IMG/VR virus record: IMGVR_UViG_3300023214_000447
Span: 1 to 44,207 of that record
From: a virus
Lineage: Duplodnaviria > Caudoviricetes
Length of the DNA stretch: 44,207 bases
Strand: one strand, 5' to 3'
Shown here: in pieces, positions 8,173 to 18,613 of the stretch
Numbering within the stretch: position 1 is the first letter of the stretch
Layout: every line of letters starts with the position of its first letter
Notes under the pieces: model-generated
The model's database searches: none
What the model was told of the DNA's origin: nothing
Seen by the model: the letters and a program-made list of their open reading frames with translations, nothing else
Translations under genes and position numbers: made by a program

Positions 8173-9509
8173 CGATTGAAGCAGAACTCGATAAAGTGCA
8201 ATCAGTCCTGCATGACAACGGGACGCTCTGGACGAGGGCGGAACTGTTACGGTGGTTCAATGACGGCTACCAGGAATTCGTGGCACGAGGCCAAGGGGAA
8301 ACCCGCTGGCAGGTCATGGACGTGCCGGGACGGGTGGCCTACAGCATAACCTATGCGTGGGAGGATCGACATGCCAATGGGGCCACCACCTGGCGGGCGC
8401 TCCTTCCCACCATGAACCAACGCTATGACGTGAGCACCTTTTGGGAGGTGGAACATTTAGGGAATGTCACGCCATCGAAAACCCTGGATGGCTTCACCCA
8501 ACTGTGGGAACGGTCGCATAGCGACGAGACGAATCGCCATTTCCGGTTTGTTTTCCCCAAGGATCATGACCGGATTAAGCAAATTCTGTTCGATGATCAG
8601 CCATTACGAGCCGTAGATACTCGAACGTTGGATGCTTCGCATGATGACTGGATGCGGGATTCCGGTGATATTTTGTTTTATACGCTTGGGTTGGGCCGAC
8701 TCAAATCCATTGAATTGTATGAACTGGAAACCGAATACCGACAGGGCTATGAACTGATTGGTGATGACGGCATTCCTCGGCGTCTCTCCGGCGACCGCAC
8801 CTACACAGAAGCCATCGAGGAGCCGGTCTTGGTGAGTAATACCTGGGGCTATACGAATGACGGAGAACAGGAAGCCTTGAGTTGGCATGACAGCAAACAT
8901 GCCGGGAGTGCCTTGCCTTCGTTAGGACGGAAACTCACGCGGTCTCCCACGTCCACCTATCATCCGTTGCATGAATGGGAGGAGGAGCATGTAGGAGGCG
9001 AGACGAGTTTCACGACGGGCAGTACCGTCAATGCCTATTCCTGGGAAAGCCTGTTTGATGGGACGGCCTGGGAATTTCCGTTAGGCACGATTCGGCGAGT
9101 GGTCAGTGAGGATCGACAATATTGGGGGGTGAGTGAAGAATCGGAGGGCGGCGCCTTTTATGGCAAAGCGATCCAATGGCAAACCACGGTCAATGGCTTG
9201 GCCGTGCTATCGGTGGTCACGCCACGGTTTGAATTGGCTGAAGACGATACCCCGGACTTGATGCCGTCACCACTCACGAAATATCTCCGGTGGTATACGC
9301 TCGGTCGGGCGTATAGCCGGGAAGGGGAAGGGTCGGTCTCGCTGTTAGGGCAGCACTATATGGATCTGTTCGAACGGGGCGTGTTGCTCTTTAAACGGTT
9401 GAGTGATGTGGCCCGACGTGATCGGGTCCTGGTCCGGGAGTTGGATGCGGCTCCCCCTCGTCGCATCCCACGCCCGCGCCTTCCCAATGAATATCCAGCG
9501 GTTCGCTAA
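8169..9509 (+). CDS. Second adaptor-like virion protein with large internal domain
   Basis: WTRAELLRWFNDG N-terminus parallels previous gene; C-terminal DDTP...L..Y..RAY. Confidence 0.6.
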   Translation: MTIEAELDKVQSVLHDNGTLWTRAELLRWFNDGYQEFVARGQGETRWQVMDVPGRVAYSITYAWEDRHANGATTWRALLPTMNQRYDVSTFWEVEHLGNVTPSKTLDGFTQLWERSHSDETNRHFRFVFPKDHDRIKQILFDDQPLRAVDTRTLDASHDDWMRDSGDILFYTLGLGRLKSIELYELETEYRQGYELIGDDGIPRRLSGDRTYTEAIEEPVLVSNTWGYTNDGEQEALSWHDSKHAGSALPSLGRKLTRSPTSTYHPLHEWEEEHVGGETSFTTGSTVNAYSWESLFDGTAWEFPLGTIRRVVSEDRQYWGVSEESEGGAFYGKAIQWQTTVNGLAVLSVVTPRFELAEDDTPDLMPSPLTKYLRWYTLGRAYSREGEGSVSLLGQHYMDLFERGVLLFKRLSDVARRDRVLVRELDAAPPRRIPRPRLPNEYPAVR

Positions 9510-9520
9510 GGAGGACACGT

Positions 9521-9727
9521 ATGCAAGATCATGAACAGCATCGCATTCACAAGACTATGGAGCGCTCGAAAGGCATGTCGGTCATACCCGCGAGTACCTA
9601 TCGGGAAGATGTCAGCCTGTTGTTAGAGGCCTTAGAGGACAAACAACCGAAAGCCTATGCAGTCCCCAAGGACAAACAACTACACAAGGACGTGAAGGCC
9701 CCTCGTGCCACAAGCCGAACTGCGTAG
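9521..9727 (+). CDS. Hypothetical protein
   Basis: SD AAGGAGG. Confidence 0.65.
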   Translation: MQDHEQHRIHKTMERSKGMSVIPASTYREDVSLLLEALEDKQPKAYAVPKDKQLHKDVKAPRATSRTA

Positions 9728-11441
9728 CCAATCACTGGTCCGGTTTCTGGGCGTCAATCTTCGGACGGACGGATTGAATGCCGCTGATGAGGATGTGCGT
9801 CGGGCCATCAATGCCGATCTGCATTCCGAATTAGGCTCGGCCATGCTGCGGCTGGGCCGGACGGCACAATTCTCTTCGGCCTTGAGTGACCCCATTCGAC
9901 GGCTAGCGAAGTTCAATGCAGTGCGGTATCAGGTGGCCGGGACGGTGGCCTATCGTGATGAAACGACAATTATTCAAGGGCTGTCCACGGATCATAAAAC
10001 CACCATTGCCTCATTCCGGCCTCTGCTTGATAGCACGACCTGGACGTTTTTTGCCGATGGGAACAAGATGCAAAAGGATGATGGCACGAATGTTCGAACG
10101 TGGGGCGTGGACGCCCCGAGCAGTAAGCCCACGGTACAAGAAATTTCGAGTGGCAATCTGACGGGGGACTATTCGGCCCGGTATACCTATGTGCGGAAAA
10201 CGAGTGATGAGAAGATTGCCTATGAATCGGCACCTTCCCCGTTATCAAATACCCTGACGTTATCCAGTCAGAATTTCAGTGTGACCGTGATTCAATCAGC
10301 CGATCCACAAATCAATCGGATTCGACTCTATCGCACGGTTTCCGGGGGAAGCGAGTATCTGTTCGACCATGAAGTCAATAACGTCTCGCAGACCGAAACC
10401 CTGCAAAAGCCAGATACAGAATTGGGAGCACAGGTGACAATTGATGCAGGGAAGCCCCCGAACGCCTATGGCATTCAGGAGCATCAGGGACATATTTTTT
10501 TTGTGGGTGACGCCGACAATCCGCATTACCTCTGGTTTAGTTCTCGGTTTTTGCCGGAAAATGTGCCCTCTGGCAATTTCATTGAATTGGGTGATCCAAC
10601 CGATCCCTTACAAATGATGGGGACCTTCTCGGGGCAATTGGGCGTGTTATCGCAAAAGACCAAATACATTATTACTGGCAATACGGCATCCGGGTTTGCG
10701 CCACGGGAAGCCGTGAGTAAGCGAGGCACCGTGTCAGCCATGGCGGTGGTGGGGACTGAATTAGGGATCCTGTTTCCGGCTCGGGATGGATTATTCCTGA
10801 CACGCCTCTTTGAGCCTGACCAGGAATTGAGCCAGTCCATTCAACCGCTGTTTTTTGGCGAAACCGTGAATGAATTCAGTCCGATTAATTTTGATGTGGC
10901 CAATACCATGTCCATGGCACTCTTTAAAAACCGTGTCTATTTTGCGTATCCGTCTGGATCCAACACCACGCCGGACATGCTGGCCGTCTTTAGCCGTGAT
11001 ACGAAGCGGTGGTACTTTTATGAAATGAACGTGCGCAGCCTGTATGTGGAGGACAGTGACAAGGTTCTGTCGGCGGGATTGACGGATGGCATCAGCTATG
11101 AACTGGAGTCTGGCAGTTCGGATGGCGGGTCCGATATTGAGTATGAAGTCGAGACGGTGGATCGGGCCGGACAGGCTGTAGAGGACCGGAAACGCCGGAA
11201 ACTGTTTTTCTATATTCGTCCGGATATTGACACGAAAAGCGAAGATGTGACGGTGGCGGTGCTGATTGATGGGACCAGTCAGGTGAGCGCCACCGTCAAT
11301 GGCACACGAACACGCCCGATTATTAAGTTGCCGGAGAAAAGCAGTGGGTTTCAGTGGCGTGTCAAAGTCACATATACCGGCACCAAGCGGATTACCTTCT
11401 ATGGGGTGGATATGTATTACCTCCCTTTGCAGGTGGTCTAA
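9705..11441 (+). CDS. Tail nozzle/stabilisation protein (P22 gp10 / T7 gp12-like)
   Basis: FLGVN N-terminus, YTYV..ESAPSP insertion, LWFS..PE, RGTVS, RKLF C-terminal domain; 578 aa. Confidence 0.7.
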   Translation: MPQAELRSQSLVRFLGVNLRTDGLNAADEDVRRAINADLHSELGSAMLRLGRTAQFSSALSDPIRRLAKFNAVRYQVAGTVAYRDETTIIQGLSTDHKTTIASFRPLLDSTTWTFFADGNKMQKDDGTNVRTWGVDAPSSKPTVQEISSGNLTGDYSARYTYVRKTSDEKIAYESAPSPLSNTLTLSSQNFSVTVIQSADPQINRIRLYRTVSGGSEYLFDHEVNNVSQTETLQKPDTELGAQVTIDAGKPPNAYGIQEHQGHIFFVGDADNPHYLWFSSRFLPENVPSGNFIELGDPTDPLQMMGTFSGQLGVLSQKTKYIITGNTASGFAPREAVSKRGTVSAMAVVGTELGILFPARDGLFLTRLFEPDQELSQSIQPLFFGETVNEFSPINFDVANTMSMALFKNRVYFAYPSGSNTTPDMLAVFSRDTKRWYFYEMNVRSLYVEDSDKVLSAGLTDGISYELESGSSDGGSDIEYEVETVDRAGQAVEDRKRRKLFFYIRPDIDTKSEDVTVAVLIDGTSQVSATVNGTRTRPIIKLPEKSSGFQWRVKVTYTGTKRITFYGVDMYYLPLQVV

Positions 11442-11674
11442 TGGCAGAACGGCAAACGGAAGGCCCGGTTGAGGTTTTAAGCAATGATGTGGAATCGCTC
11501 AATCGAGCCTATGCGACACTGGTTGAACGGATTGATGAAGTGAAAGGCCTTCGTGGCGAATCACAAGTGTCGGGCAGTATGAAAGTGAAAGGCGCCTTAA
11601 CGGGCGAAGACCAGGGCGCATGGACGTATAAAGATAAGGCAGGAGTCGTCATTCATGGATGGGGCAACGTCTGA
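11441..11674 (+). CDS. Small virion-associated protein
   Basis: TAATG coupling; MAERQTEGP... Confidence 0.6.
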   Translation: MAERQTEGPVEVLSNDVESLNRAYATLVERIDEVKGLRGESQVSGSMKVKGALTGEDQGAWTYKDKAGVVIHGWGNV

Positions 11675-12248
11675 TCTGAAGGTAGAGACGCAAGGAAAGA
11701 CCTTATCCATCTTGCCGTACGCGCGAGGCTATTTTCCGCGTCACACGTTGTATGAAATTTGGCAAGCGATTGAGTGCGAAAAGGTGTCGGATAGAATTTT
11801 TTGGGATCCTTCGCTGGATAGTTCCCCTGCTCCCGTCTCGATGGCTGGCGACCTGACTGCATTTGTGACGGCCATGAATAAGCCTACGAGCGAGATTTTA
11901 ATTGGTTACGAGAATGCCACAGCGACTCTTGCCGGACTGTTTTGGTTTTCTGAACTCCAGCCAACCCATCAGGCGATTGCGAACATTTGGGTGAGTCGGG
12001 CATTCCATGGTTCTGGGAGTCGAGAGTTTTCAACGCTGTGCTTGGATTATGGGTTTGCCGTGTGGAATTTTCGACAGGTGTGGGTCACAACGCCATGGCC
12101 GGAGGCAAAGCGACTAGCCATGGATATGGGATTTGAAGTAGTTGGGATGCTGGAAGACTATGTGAGGCATGGCAATGAATTTCGGGCGCTTCACTTTCTG
12201 CGATTAACGAAAGAAAACTGGGAGGCCTGTCGTGGGAGGATTCTTTAA
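11655..12248 (+). CDS. GNAT-fold acetyltransferase-like protein
   Basis: FHGSG, AKRLAMDMGFEVVG motifs; position before ejection proteins as in P22-like phages. Confidence 0.75.
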   Translation: MDGATSDLKVETQGKTLSILPYARGYFPRHTLYEIWQAIECEKVSDRIFWDPSLDSSPAPVSMAGDLTAFVTAMNKPTSEILIGYENATATLAGLFWFSELQPTHQAIANIWVSRAFHGSGSREFSTLCLDYGFAVWNFRQVWVTTPWPEAKRLAMDMGFEVVGMLEDYVRHGNEFRALHFLRLTKENWEACRGRIL

Positions 12249-12840
12249 GAGTATTGGTTCAGCCATTGGGCTTGGCGGGAGAGACCAGGAAGAGCGGACT
12301 GGCTCGGATCTTGGGGCGCAATCGCGGGAACTCTTTGAGGCTGGTCGTCAATTGCGTTCTCCGGTCATTGGCCTCTTGAAAAATGTTCTTTCCTCCAAAG
12401 ACATTCCAGAAATCTTTGATCAATTTGTTGAGCGTGGGCCAACGATCTTAAGCCCGGCGATTCAGGAATTAGCTAGTGGTGAGAATCAGGCCATTCAGGC
12501 CATTATTAACCGAACTCCGGCGAGGGGTGGCCAATTAAATCAGCAAATTGCCCAAACGATCAGGGATCGAATTTTTCAGCAAGTCCTGCTCGGGACAAGA
12601 CTTCGTGAAGATGAGCGAAGTGATAGGCTCAATTTGGTCAATCAACTATTCGGTCAAGCTGGCAATATTGCATTTGGGCCAGGGACGACCTCGATTCCAC
12701 TTACTGGTCAAGCCAATGCTGGTCAGCTTTTGGGTTCAGCCAGAGATCGTCAAATTGAAATTGGACGACGCCAACTCCAAGGCTTTGGAGCATTAGCTGG
12801 CTCTGGTGTCAATAGCGGCTTTCGGGCATTTGGAAAATAG
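12232..12840 (+). CDS. Putative ejection/pilot protein 1
   Basis: Gly/Gln/Ala-rich, MGGFFKSIG start, GFGALAGSG end. Confidence 0.6.
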   Translation: MGGFFKSIGSAIGLGGRDQEERTGSDLGAQSRELFEAGRQLRSPVIGLLKNVLSSKDIPEIFDQFVERGPTILSPAIQELASGENQAIQAIINRTPARGGQLNQQIAQTIRDRIFQQVLLGTRLREDERSDRLNLVNQLFGQAGNIAFGPGTTSIPLTGQANAGQLLGSARDRQIEIGRRQLQGFGALAGSGVNSGFRAFGK

Positions 12841-12849
12841 GAGGGAACG

Positions 12850-13041
12850 ATGGGAGACTTTGGAATTGGTTTTGCGAATGCTTCTGCGGGGCAAGCTGTG
12901 AATGGCAACGGGAAGAAACGGAAACGTCCGTTAGCGGATCAACCGCAAAATGGACAAGAGACAAGTAAGTTATCAGAGCAAATTTTTAAGCCGACCTCCT
13001 TGCAAGCCAAGCGACTCTTTGGAAAGGCGTTTATTACCTAA
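12850..13041 (+). CDS. Small hypothetical protein
   Basis: SD GGAGG, TAATG coupling. Confidence 0.55.
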   Translation: MGDFGIGFANASAGQAVNGNGKKRKRPLADQPQNGQETSKLSEQIFKPTSLQAKRLFGKAFIT

Positions 13042-14678
13042 TGGGCGAATTTTTTCAAGCGGCGCTTGATGAGCGGGCCCGTCAGCGGAATCTGGAGATT
13101 GCCGAAGAGACACTCAAGTTCCAGAAAGAGGAGCAGTCTGGTGTGGCAAAGGTGCGACAGGCCAGGCTGAAGAAACTGGGGCTGGAAACGGAGGCTGCAC
13201 TGGATGCTCTGGGACAAATGGCAGAAGAGCGGCAAGCCCAAAAACAGTTTAAAGGTCGGACGCTTGAACGGTTGAATGATCTCCGTGTGGCGAAAGGCTT
13301 GCAGGAAGTGCCCAATGAAGTGGGCATGATTGAGCAGGATGCGCAATTACCCACTGGCCAATTCCCACCACTGACTGACGAGGATTTGCGTGAAATCGAA
13401 GGTGATCCCAGCCTAGGTGTGCTCAATGAACCGGGAGTCGAAGAACCGACCGGCGGGTTGAATGATCCCTTTACCGAGCAACTGGCCAAACTTAATCCAC
13501 AAACACTGGACTTTTTAACGCGCGCCATTCAAGAAACTCCGGCAGGACAAGTGCCACAAGTCTTAAAACGGTTTGGCATCGAATTTGGTACAGAGGCAGG
13601 ATCAGGGATTAACCCTAGTGATGTGGCCACGACAGGGTTTCGCCAGTTTGTGTTTAGCAAAACGGCAGAAGAAGGGCAGCCGATGACCGTGGTTGAATTA
13701 GCGCAAGCTGACCCTGATAAGTTAGCGAAACTGGATAAAGAATTTAACGACTTGACGTTTGCGCAACAACTGAAAATCTCACAAGACCGGAATTTGAGTA
13801 GTGCTCGCATTAAGAAGGAATCGGCCCTCGCTGGGCCCGTGAATGTCTTCGAACAATTAGTGGATATTGTGACCATTGACGATCCCGAGCAGTCCTTGTT
13901 TCTGCCCAAGGAAGAGGTCGAAGGTGCCGGAGGGCTGTGGAATCACCTCACTCAATCCATCAGTATGGCAGGGCAACAGGTGCGTGGAACCAATGAGGCC
14001 CTGAAACAATTAGATGTCATTCGTCGGGCCTTCCGGGCCTCTATCGCTCGGTTGATGGGAGATGTCGGGAATCTCGCCCGTGCCGAGCAGGAAAATGCCT
14101 TATTCCTGGTTCCCAATGCCGTAGGGTCTTTATGGCCACCACGTCTGGCTGATACCCAGGAAGCGGCCAACATGAAAGTTCGGATGATGGGAGAATTCCT
14201 GTTAGCACAGTTGCAAATGGTGGATTCCGGCCACACGAAAGTCATTGAAGGTACCCTGTCTGAATTGGAGCGCTTTGAGAAACGACAACAGGGAGAAAGT
14301 TTCATTGAACGGCGTGACTTGGAAGCGGCCCGACGAGCGGTGGCGAAGATGGAGGAGGCGGGGATTTTAGATCCCGGCACGGCCAGCGAGATTCGCGGCA
14401 TGACGGATAAAAAGGCCTTGACCCAAAAGCAGAAATCACTTGTTCAGCAAGCAGCGGGCCTGGAAGCACAAAAGCGGGAAAAGGAGCAACGGTTACGGGA
14501 AGATCCGCGTATCCAAAAAGCTGATGAATTGGGGCAGAAATTTCGTCTGGCTGTCAGTCCGGCACAAAAGGTGAAGGCCCGACAGGAAATTTCGGACTTT
14601 CTCCGAACAGAAGGCTATGCTGATAAAGATGTGTTGCGGGCCTTAAGCCTGTTGGAAAACCAAACCAATGGCAACTGA
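13041..14678 (+). CDS. Putative ejection (DNA transfer) protein 2
   Basis: 545 aa helical/coiled-coil; GDVGNLARAEQE motif; synteny. Confidence 0.6.
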   Translation: MGEFFQAALDERARQRNLEIAEETLKFQKEEQSGVAKVRQARLKKLGLETEAALDALGQMAEERQAQKQFKGRTLERLNDLRVAKGLQEVPNEVGMIEQDAQLPTGQFPPLTDEDLREIEGDPSLGVLNEPGVEEPTGGLNDPFTEQLAKLNPQTLDFLTRAIQETPAGQVPQVLKRFGIEFGTEAGSGINPSDVATTGFRQFVFSKTAEEGQPMTVVELAQADPDKLAKLDKEFNDLTFAQQLKISQDRNLSSARIKKESALAGPVNVFEQLVDIVTIDDPEQSLFLPKEEVEGAGGLWNHLTQSISMAGQQVRGTNEALKQLDVIRRAFRASIARLMGDVGNLARAEQENALFLVPNAVGSLWPPRLADTQEAANMKVRMMGEFLLAQLQMVDSGHTKVIEGTLSELERFEKRQQGESFIERRDLEAARRAVAKMEEAGILDPGTASEIRGMTDKKALTQKQKSLVQQAAGLEAQKREKEQRLREDPRIQKADELGQKFRLAVSPAQKVKARQEISDFLRTEGYADKDVLRALSLLENQTNGN

Positions 14679-16428
14679 CCAACAAAACAAACAACGTGTC
14701 CTGCGGGCTATTCAAGAGCAACGGGAACGCGAAGCACCTCGCCTGCAAGAAGAACGGGACCGGCTCGAACGCCAGGGACGACGGGCCACGCCTCAAGAAA
14801 TGCAGGACGGCTTTGACCGGGACTTTCCCGAGATTGCCGAACGGCGTGAGAAGGGTCCTGACCGTCCATTGGCCGAAGAGTTTTCCATCGACAACCTCTT
14901 TGAACTCGTGAGGGCGAAGGAACGACAGGAAAAAACAGAGAAGGTCAACGATGCGCTCTTCAAGGCCTTAACCGGACAGGACCGGGTGGATTCCCCTGGT
15001 GGTCCTATTCCGTTGCTCATGGACAAGGCGCAGGAGATTATTGCCGATTCCGACGTACAGAAAGCCTTGATTGAAGGGGGAGCGGTGTTAGCGACCGAAA
15101 TGATTACCTCGAAATTTAAAATCCCGCTGAAGGTGGCACAGAAGATCGTGGAAGTGGTGGCTCCCATGCTCACCTCTGCCGGGGTAGAGGTTGGATTCCA
15201 AAAAACCGGACTATCCGAAGAATCTACGAGTCGTATTGTCGGGGCATCGGCAGCACCCTTAGTGGGCAACCTTGGCATGTCTGTGGTCAAGAAGGGGCTT
15301 GGCGCTCTTGTGAAACGGCTGCCCGGTGCGGCAGCGGCACAGAATGAAATTGCGGTGAATACCGTGAAGACTCTTGAAGATCAGGTCATGCCTTTGGCGT
15401 CTGCCACGGCCCTGTTCAACCAGGCCAAACAGTTTGGGGCCGGCAAGCTCTCGATCGGCATGAAAAATACGGCACAAGAGATTCTGGATATTGCCAGGAA
15501 TGTTGGAACACTGTCATCTGGAGGGCAACGAGAAGTCAGGAAGGCGGCTCGATATGCGCAAGGCCTGTTTGAAAAAATTCAAGAACAGGGCGGTACCCTT
15601 CCATATGATGACCTGGTGAATGAACGGATTGTGATTAGCAATCTAATCGCGAAGACGGGGGGCAAGGCTGGCGACGATCCTGTGGTCCGTCCGATCTATA
15701 AACGGCTGTACCGTGGCATCATGAACGATCTGGAGGTGGCCGCCCAATCGAAGACGGTGCAGGGCCGTGCCTCCGCCAAAATGTTGTTGGCCTTGAAAGC
15801 CGATCGGAAAGAAAAAGCGGCGGCAGACCTGGCAGATATGATGCAGAAAGGCTTTGGTAATGTACGAAAGGACGTACCCATTCAAGAATTTAATGCCGGA
15901 AAAGTGATTAAGAACATTCAAAACATTATGAAGCGGGCCAAAAGCAAAAAGGCTAAAGCCTCAGATAAGCTGTTTGTGGAATCGTTTGAACCTGGAGAAT
16001 TGCAGGAGGTGCTGAATACACTACACAGTCTGCGCGGCATACCCAGAATGGGGCCGGATTTGGGCGAGCAAGCTGGATTTTTAAAGTTGGGCCTACGCTC
16101 TTCGGTTATATTTGGCGGAACGTTTGGGGCATCGGGTAATGCACAATTAGCTGGAGCCCTGGTTGCTGGAGCCGAATCCTTACGCTGGGTTATTGCGAAG
16201 GCTTTGACGAGTCGCCCAGGGCGTAGCTTGTTACGCAAACTCTTAGAATCCAATCGTGGCATTATGAATTCGAAAACAGGAGCCATCTTATTTGCCGGGC
16301 TAGCTGGTGCCAACCCAGAAGAAACTGCACAGGCCGGCGAGGCTATCCAGGGGGCGATTCGTTCGGCTCAGGAATTTGGTGGTCCCCTCATGAATCAACT
16401 GACACAAGGGCGACGGGTGACACGCTGA
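14668..16428 (+). CDS. Putative ejection (DNA transfer) protein 3
   Basis: 586 aa Ala/Gly-rich helical, hydrophobic C-terminal stretch, ALTSRPGRSLL motif; synteny. Confidence 0.6.
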   Translation: MATDQQNKQRVLRAIQEQREREAPRLQEERDRLERQGRRATPQEMQDGFDRDFPEIAERREKGPDRPLAEEFSIDNLFELVRAKERQEKTEKVNDALFKALTGQDRVDSPGGPIPLLMDKAQEIIADSDVQKALIEGGAVLATEMITSKFKIPLKVAQKIVEVVAPMLTSAGVEVGFQKTGLSEESTSRIVGASAAPLVGNLGMSVVKKGLGALVKRLPGAAAAQNEIAVNTVKTLEDQVMPLASATALFNQAKQFGAGKLSIGMKNTAQEILDIARNVGTLSSGGQREVRKAARYAQGLFEKIQEQGGTLPYDDLVNERIVISNLIAKTGGKAGDDPVVRPIYKRLYRGIMNDLEVAAQSKTVQGRASAKMLLALKADRKEKAAADLADMMQKGFGNVRKDVPIQEFNAGKVIKNIQNIMKRAKSKKAKASDKLFVESFEPGELQEVLNTLHSLRGIPRMGPDLGEQAGFLKLGLRSSVIFGGTFGASGNAQLAGALVAGAESLRWVIAKALTSRPGRSLLRKLLESNRGIMNSKTGAILFAGLAGANPEETAQAGEAIQGAIRSAQEFGGPLMNQLTQGRRVTR

Positions 16429-17711
16429 TGGAAACGGTACGGTTTAGTCGCATAGGCAAAGAAGATTTAGTTTTAGGCTCAGGCACGTTTCAGGTCACGC
16501 TGGCGAACGGGCAAGTCGTCTCCATTCAGAAATTGGATATTGGCTACTTCTACGATAATGTCTCGACGGTGGCGGATTTGCCATCCAGTGCCCCGACTGG
16601 GACCTTACGCCGGGTCACAGATGGCACGGGATTACTCTATATTTATGACGGGTCCAGTTGGGTGCCAATGGCCAATTTTTGGGCGGGCACGACTGAAGGC
16701 GACATTATTCAGGCCGACAGTTCGGGAGACCCTGAACGCTTGGGTATTGGCACGGCGTTGCAAATGCTCCTCGTCAATTCTGGAGCCACGGCGTTGGAGT
16801 ATGTGGCCAGTCCGCAAAGTCTGTTGACGACCACGGGCGATATTCTCTATGCCAGTGCGGCCAATACGTTGGCACGATTGGCCATTGGCAGCAATAATCA
16901 AGTCTTGACGATCAGTTCAGGAATTCCAGCCTGGGGCAGCATTTCGCTACCTCGCAGCTATCTTGCTGGACTGCAAACATCCATTGGGACAGATACCGAT
17001 CATGACATTGACATTGCAGTGGGTGTGGCTCGTGATGCTGACAATTCCACGGATCTCCAATTAACCAGTGCCTTGACCAAACAGATTGATGCCGATTGGG
17101 CTGTTGGGGATGGCAATGGTGGGTTCCCCTCTGGACTCACCCTTTCCACGGATACGTGGTATCACGTGTTTTTGGTGGATGATTCCAATGGCGATACCGA
17201 TGCGGGGTTCGATTCTAGCCTGACGGCCAGCAATCTTCTTTCAGACTCAGGTGGGTCGAAATACCGTCGTATTGGCTCTGTCTTGACGAACGGATCTTCC
17301 AATATTATTTCGTATGTACAGGATGGCGACCTTTTTCAGTGGTCTTCACCCCCTGAAGATGTTAACGATACTAACCCTGGTACGAGTGCCGTGCTCCGAA
17401 CATTGTCAACGCCGGAAGGAGTCAATGTGGTAGCGAATCTACTCGTATCAATGAATACGAGTACCACTAATGTTAGTTTTAATTGGTATATTTCCGATCC
17501 TAACACGGATGACCTGGTGGCATCGGCACAAAGGGGTCATGTTGGTCCAGTACAGAATACAACAGCAACAACCCTCAGGAATGTGAGTTGGGCAGAGGCT
17601 CGGACTAACCAAGCTTCGAAGATACGAAGCCGTATGGACAATAGTGATGCGAATACGAACGTATTTATCGTCACCGTTGGGTGGTATGATAAAAGAGGAA
17701 AGGATGACTAA
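16428..17711 (+). CDS. Tail fibre / receptor-binding protein
   Basis: Two TT.GDI..A......RL.IG...Q.L fibre repeats; DTWYHVF and YRRIGSV C-terminal domain. Confidence 0.8.
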   Translation: METVRFSRIGKEDLVLGSGTFQVTLANGQVVSIQKLDIGYFYDNVSTVADLPSSAPTGTLRRVTDGTGLLYIYDGSSWVPMANFWAGTTEGDIIQADSSGDPERLGIGTALQMLLVNSGATALEYVASPQSLLTTTGDILYASAANTLARLAIGSNNQVLTISSGIPAWGSISLPRSYLAGLQTSIGTDTDHDIDIAVGVARDADNSTDLQLTSALTKQIDADWAVGDGNGGFPSGLTLSTDTWYHVFLVDDSNGDTDAGFDSSLTASNLLSDSGGSKYRRIGSVLTNGSSNIISYVQDGDLFQWSSPPEDVNDTNPGTSAVLRTLSTPEGVNVVANLLVSMNTSTTNVSFNWYISDPNTDDLVASAQRGHVGPVQNTTATTLRNVSWAEARTNQASKIRSRMDNSDANTNVFIVTVGWYDKRGKDD

Positions 17712-17965
17712 TGACATTGTTTATTAGGCGGGATAAAAATGGGGCAATCGCAGGGTTGTTTCGGCGACCGCAATTTCCGGGTCAGGAAAAAATTGAGGAT
17801 GAAACGCATCCGGATATTCTCGCATACCAAAATCGTCCTACCCCAAACACTCGTCCATTGTTGAATCCCATTACGGGGCCACCCACTATCCAGCAATTGA
17901 CCGATAAGGTCAATGAACTGGTGGCGATTTTAAAAGAGCGCGGGATTGTGCAGAATGAGGAGTGA
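17711..17965 (+). CDS. Putative tail fibre assembly chaperone
   Basis: Coupled to fibre gene; FIRRDKNGAIAGLF..PQ pattern. Confidence 0.55.
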   Translation: MTLFIRRDKNGAIAGLFRRPQFPGQEKIEDETHPDILAYQNRPTPNTRPLLNPITGPPTIQQLTDKVNELVAILKERGIVQNEE

Positions 17966-18204
17966 TGCCAAACTGGTTGACCGTCCCGGAATTAATTAAA
18001 ATCGGCATCCTGCTCATTGCGGTGGTGTCCTGGGGATTTAGTCTCGAAAACCGGGTGAGCCTGGCCGAACAGGCGATGCACCAGGAAACCCTAGGGTATC
18101 GGTTCATGCAAGATCGAATGGCGAAACGGCTGGAAACGCTTGATGAACGCATTGACCGACGACTGACACGCATTGAGGAAAAATTAGACCGGGCCATCCC
18201 GTGA
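17962..18204 (+). CDS. Membrane protein with coiled coil (holin/XhlA-like candidate)
   Basis: One TM segment followed by RLTRIEEKLD heptads. Confidence 0.55.
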   Translation: MMPNWLTVPELIKIGILLIAVVSWGFSLENRVSLAEQAMHQETLGYRFMQDRMAKRLETLDERIDRRLTRIEEKLDRAIP

Positions 18205-18404
18205 ACATTTTTTTCTTTTTCATCTTGGTATTTTCCTCTAATGGGCAATTGCATGACGTGAAGCCGAGCCCACAATATTCGACGTATGCCGAATGCACGG
18301 CAGAACGCGAACGCCTGTACTATGAAATCCCCGTCAGTGGATTCAAGCGCGTGATTACCCCCTGCGCCGAGCTCTCCATCACGCACCTGCCTCGGTGCGA
18401 ATAA
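18201..18404 (+). CDS. Small protein with hydrophobic N-terminus and Cys residues
   Basis: GTGA overlap; MNIFFFFILVF. Confidence 0.5.
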   Translation: MNIFFFFILVFSSNGQLHDVKPSPQYSTYAECTAERERLYYEIPVSGFKRVITPCAELSITHLPRCE

Positions 18405-18411
18405 ATTGCTC

Positions 18412-18458
18412 TTGACAGCACGATAGGGTGTGGTGCAATATGGTGAAATATGCACCAT
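18412..18458 (+). promoter_or_regulatory. Putative sigma70 promoter with operator for RHH-led operon
   Basis: TTGACA 18412-18417; TGGTG at 18431 and 18441; inverted repeat ATGGTG-N7-CACCAT 18440-18458 over the start codon; -10 ambiguous. Confidence 0.55.
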
Positions 18459-18611
18459 ACCACGACATCACTTACACGTCTCAGCATTAGCCTTCCGAAG
18501 GCCCTGATTCAGGCCTTGAAAAAGCAAGGCCGACACCAGGGCAATCGTTCCATGAACAGCATTATCAACGAAGCGCTCCTGCAATATTTCGAGCGGAAAG
18601 GCAAGGTGTAG
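18450..18611 (+). CDS. Ribbon-helix-helix (Arc/CopG-like) regulator, not in ORF track
   Basis: MHHTTTSLTRLSISLPKALIQALKKQGRHQGNRSMNSIINEALLQYFERKGKV. Confidence 0.8.
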   Translation: MHHTTTSLTRLSISLPKALIQALKKQGRHQGNRSMNSIINEALLQYFERKGKV

Positions 18612-18613
18612 CC

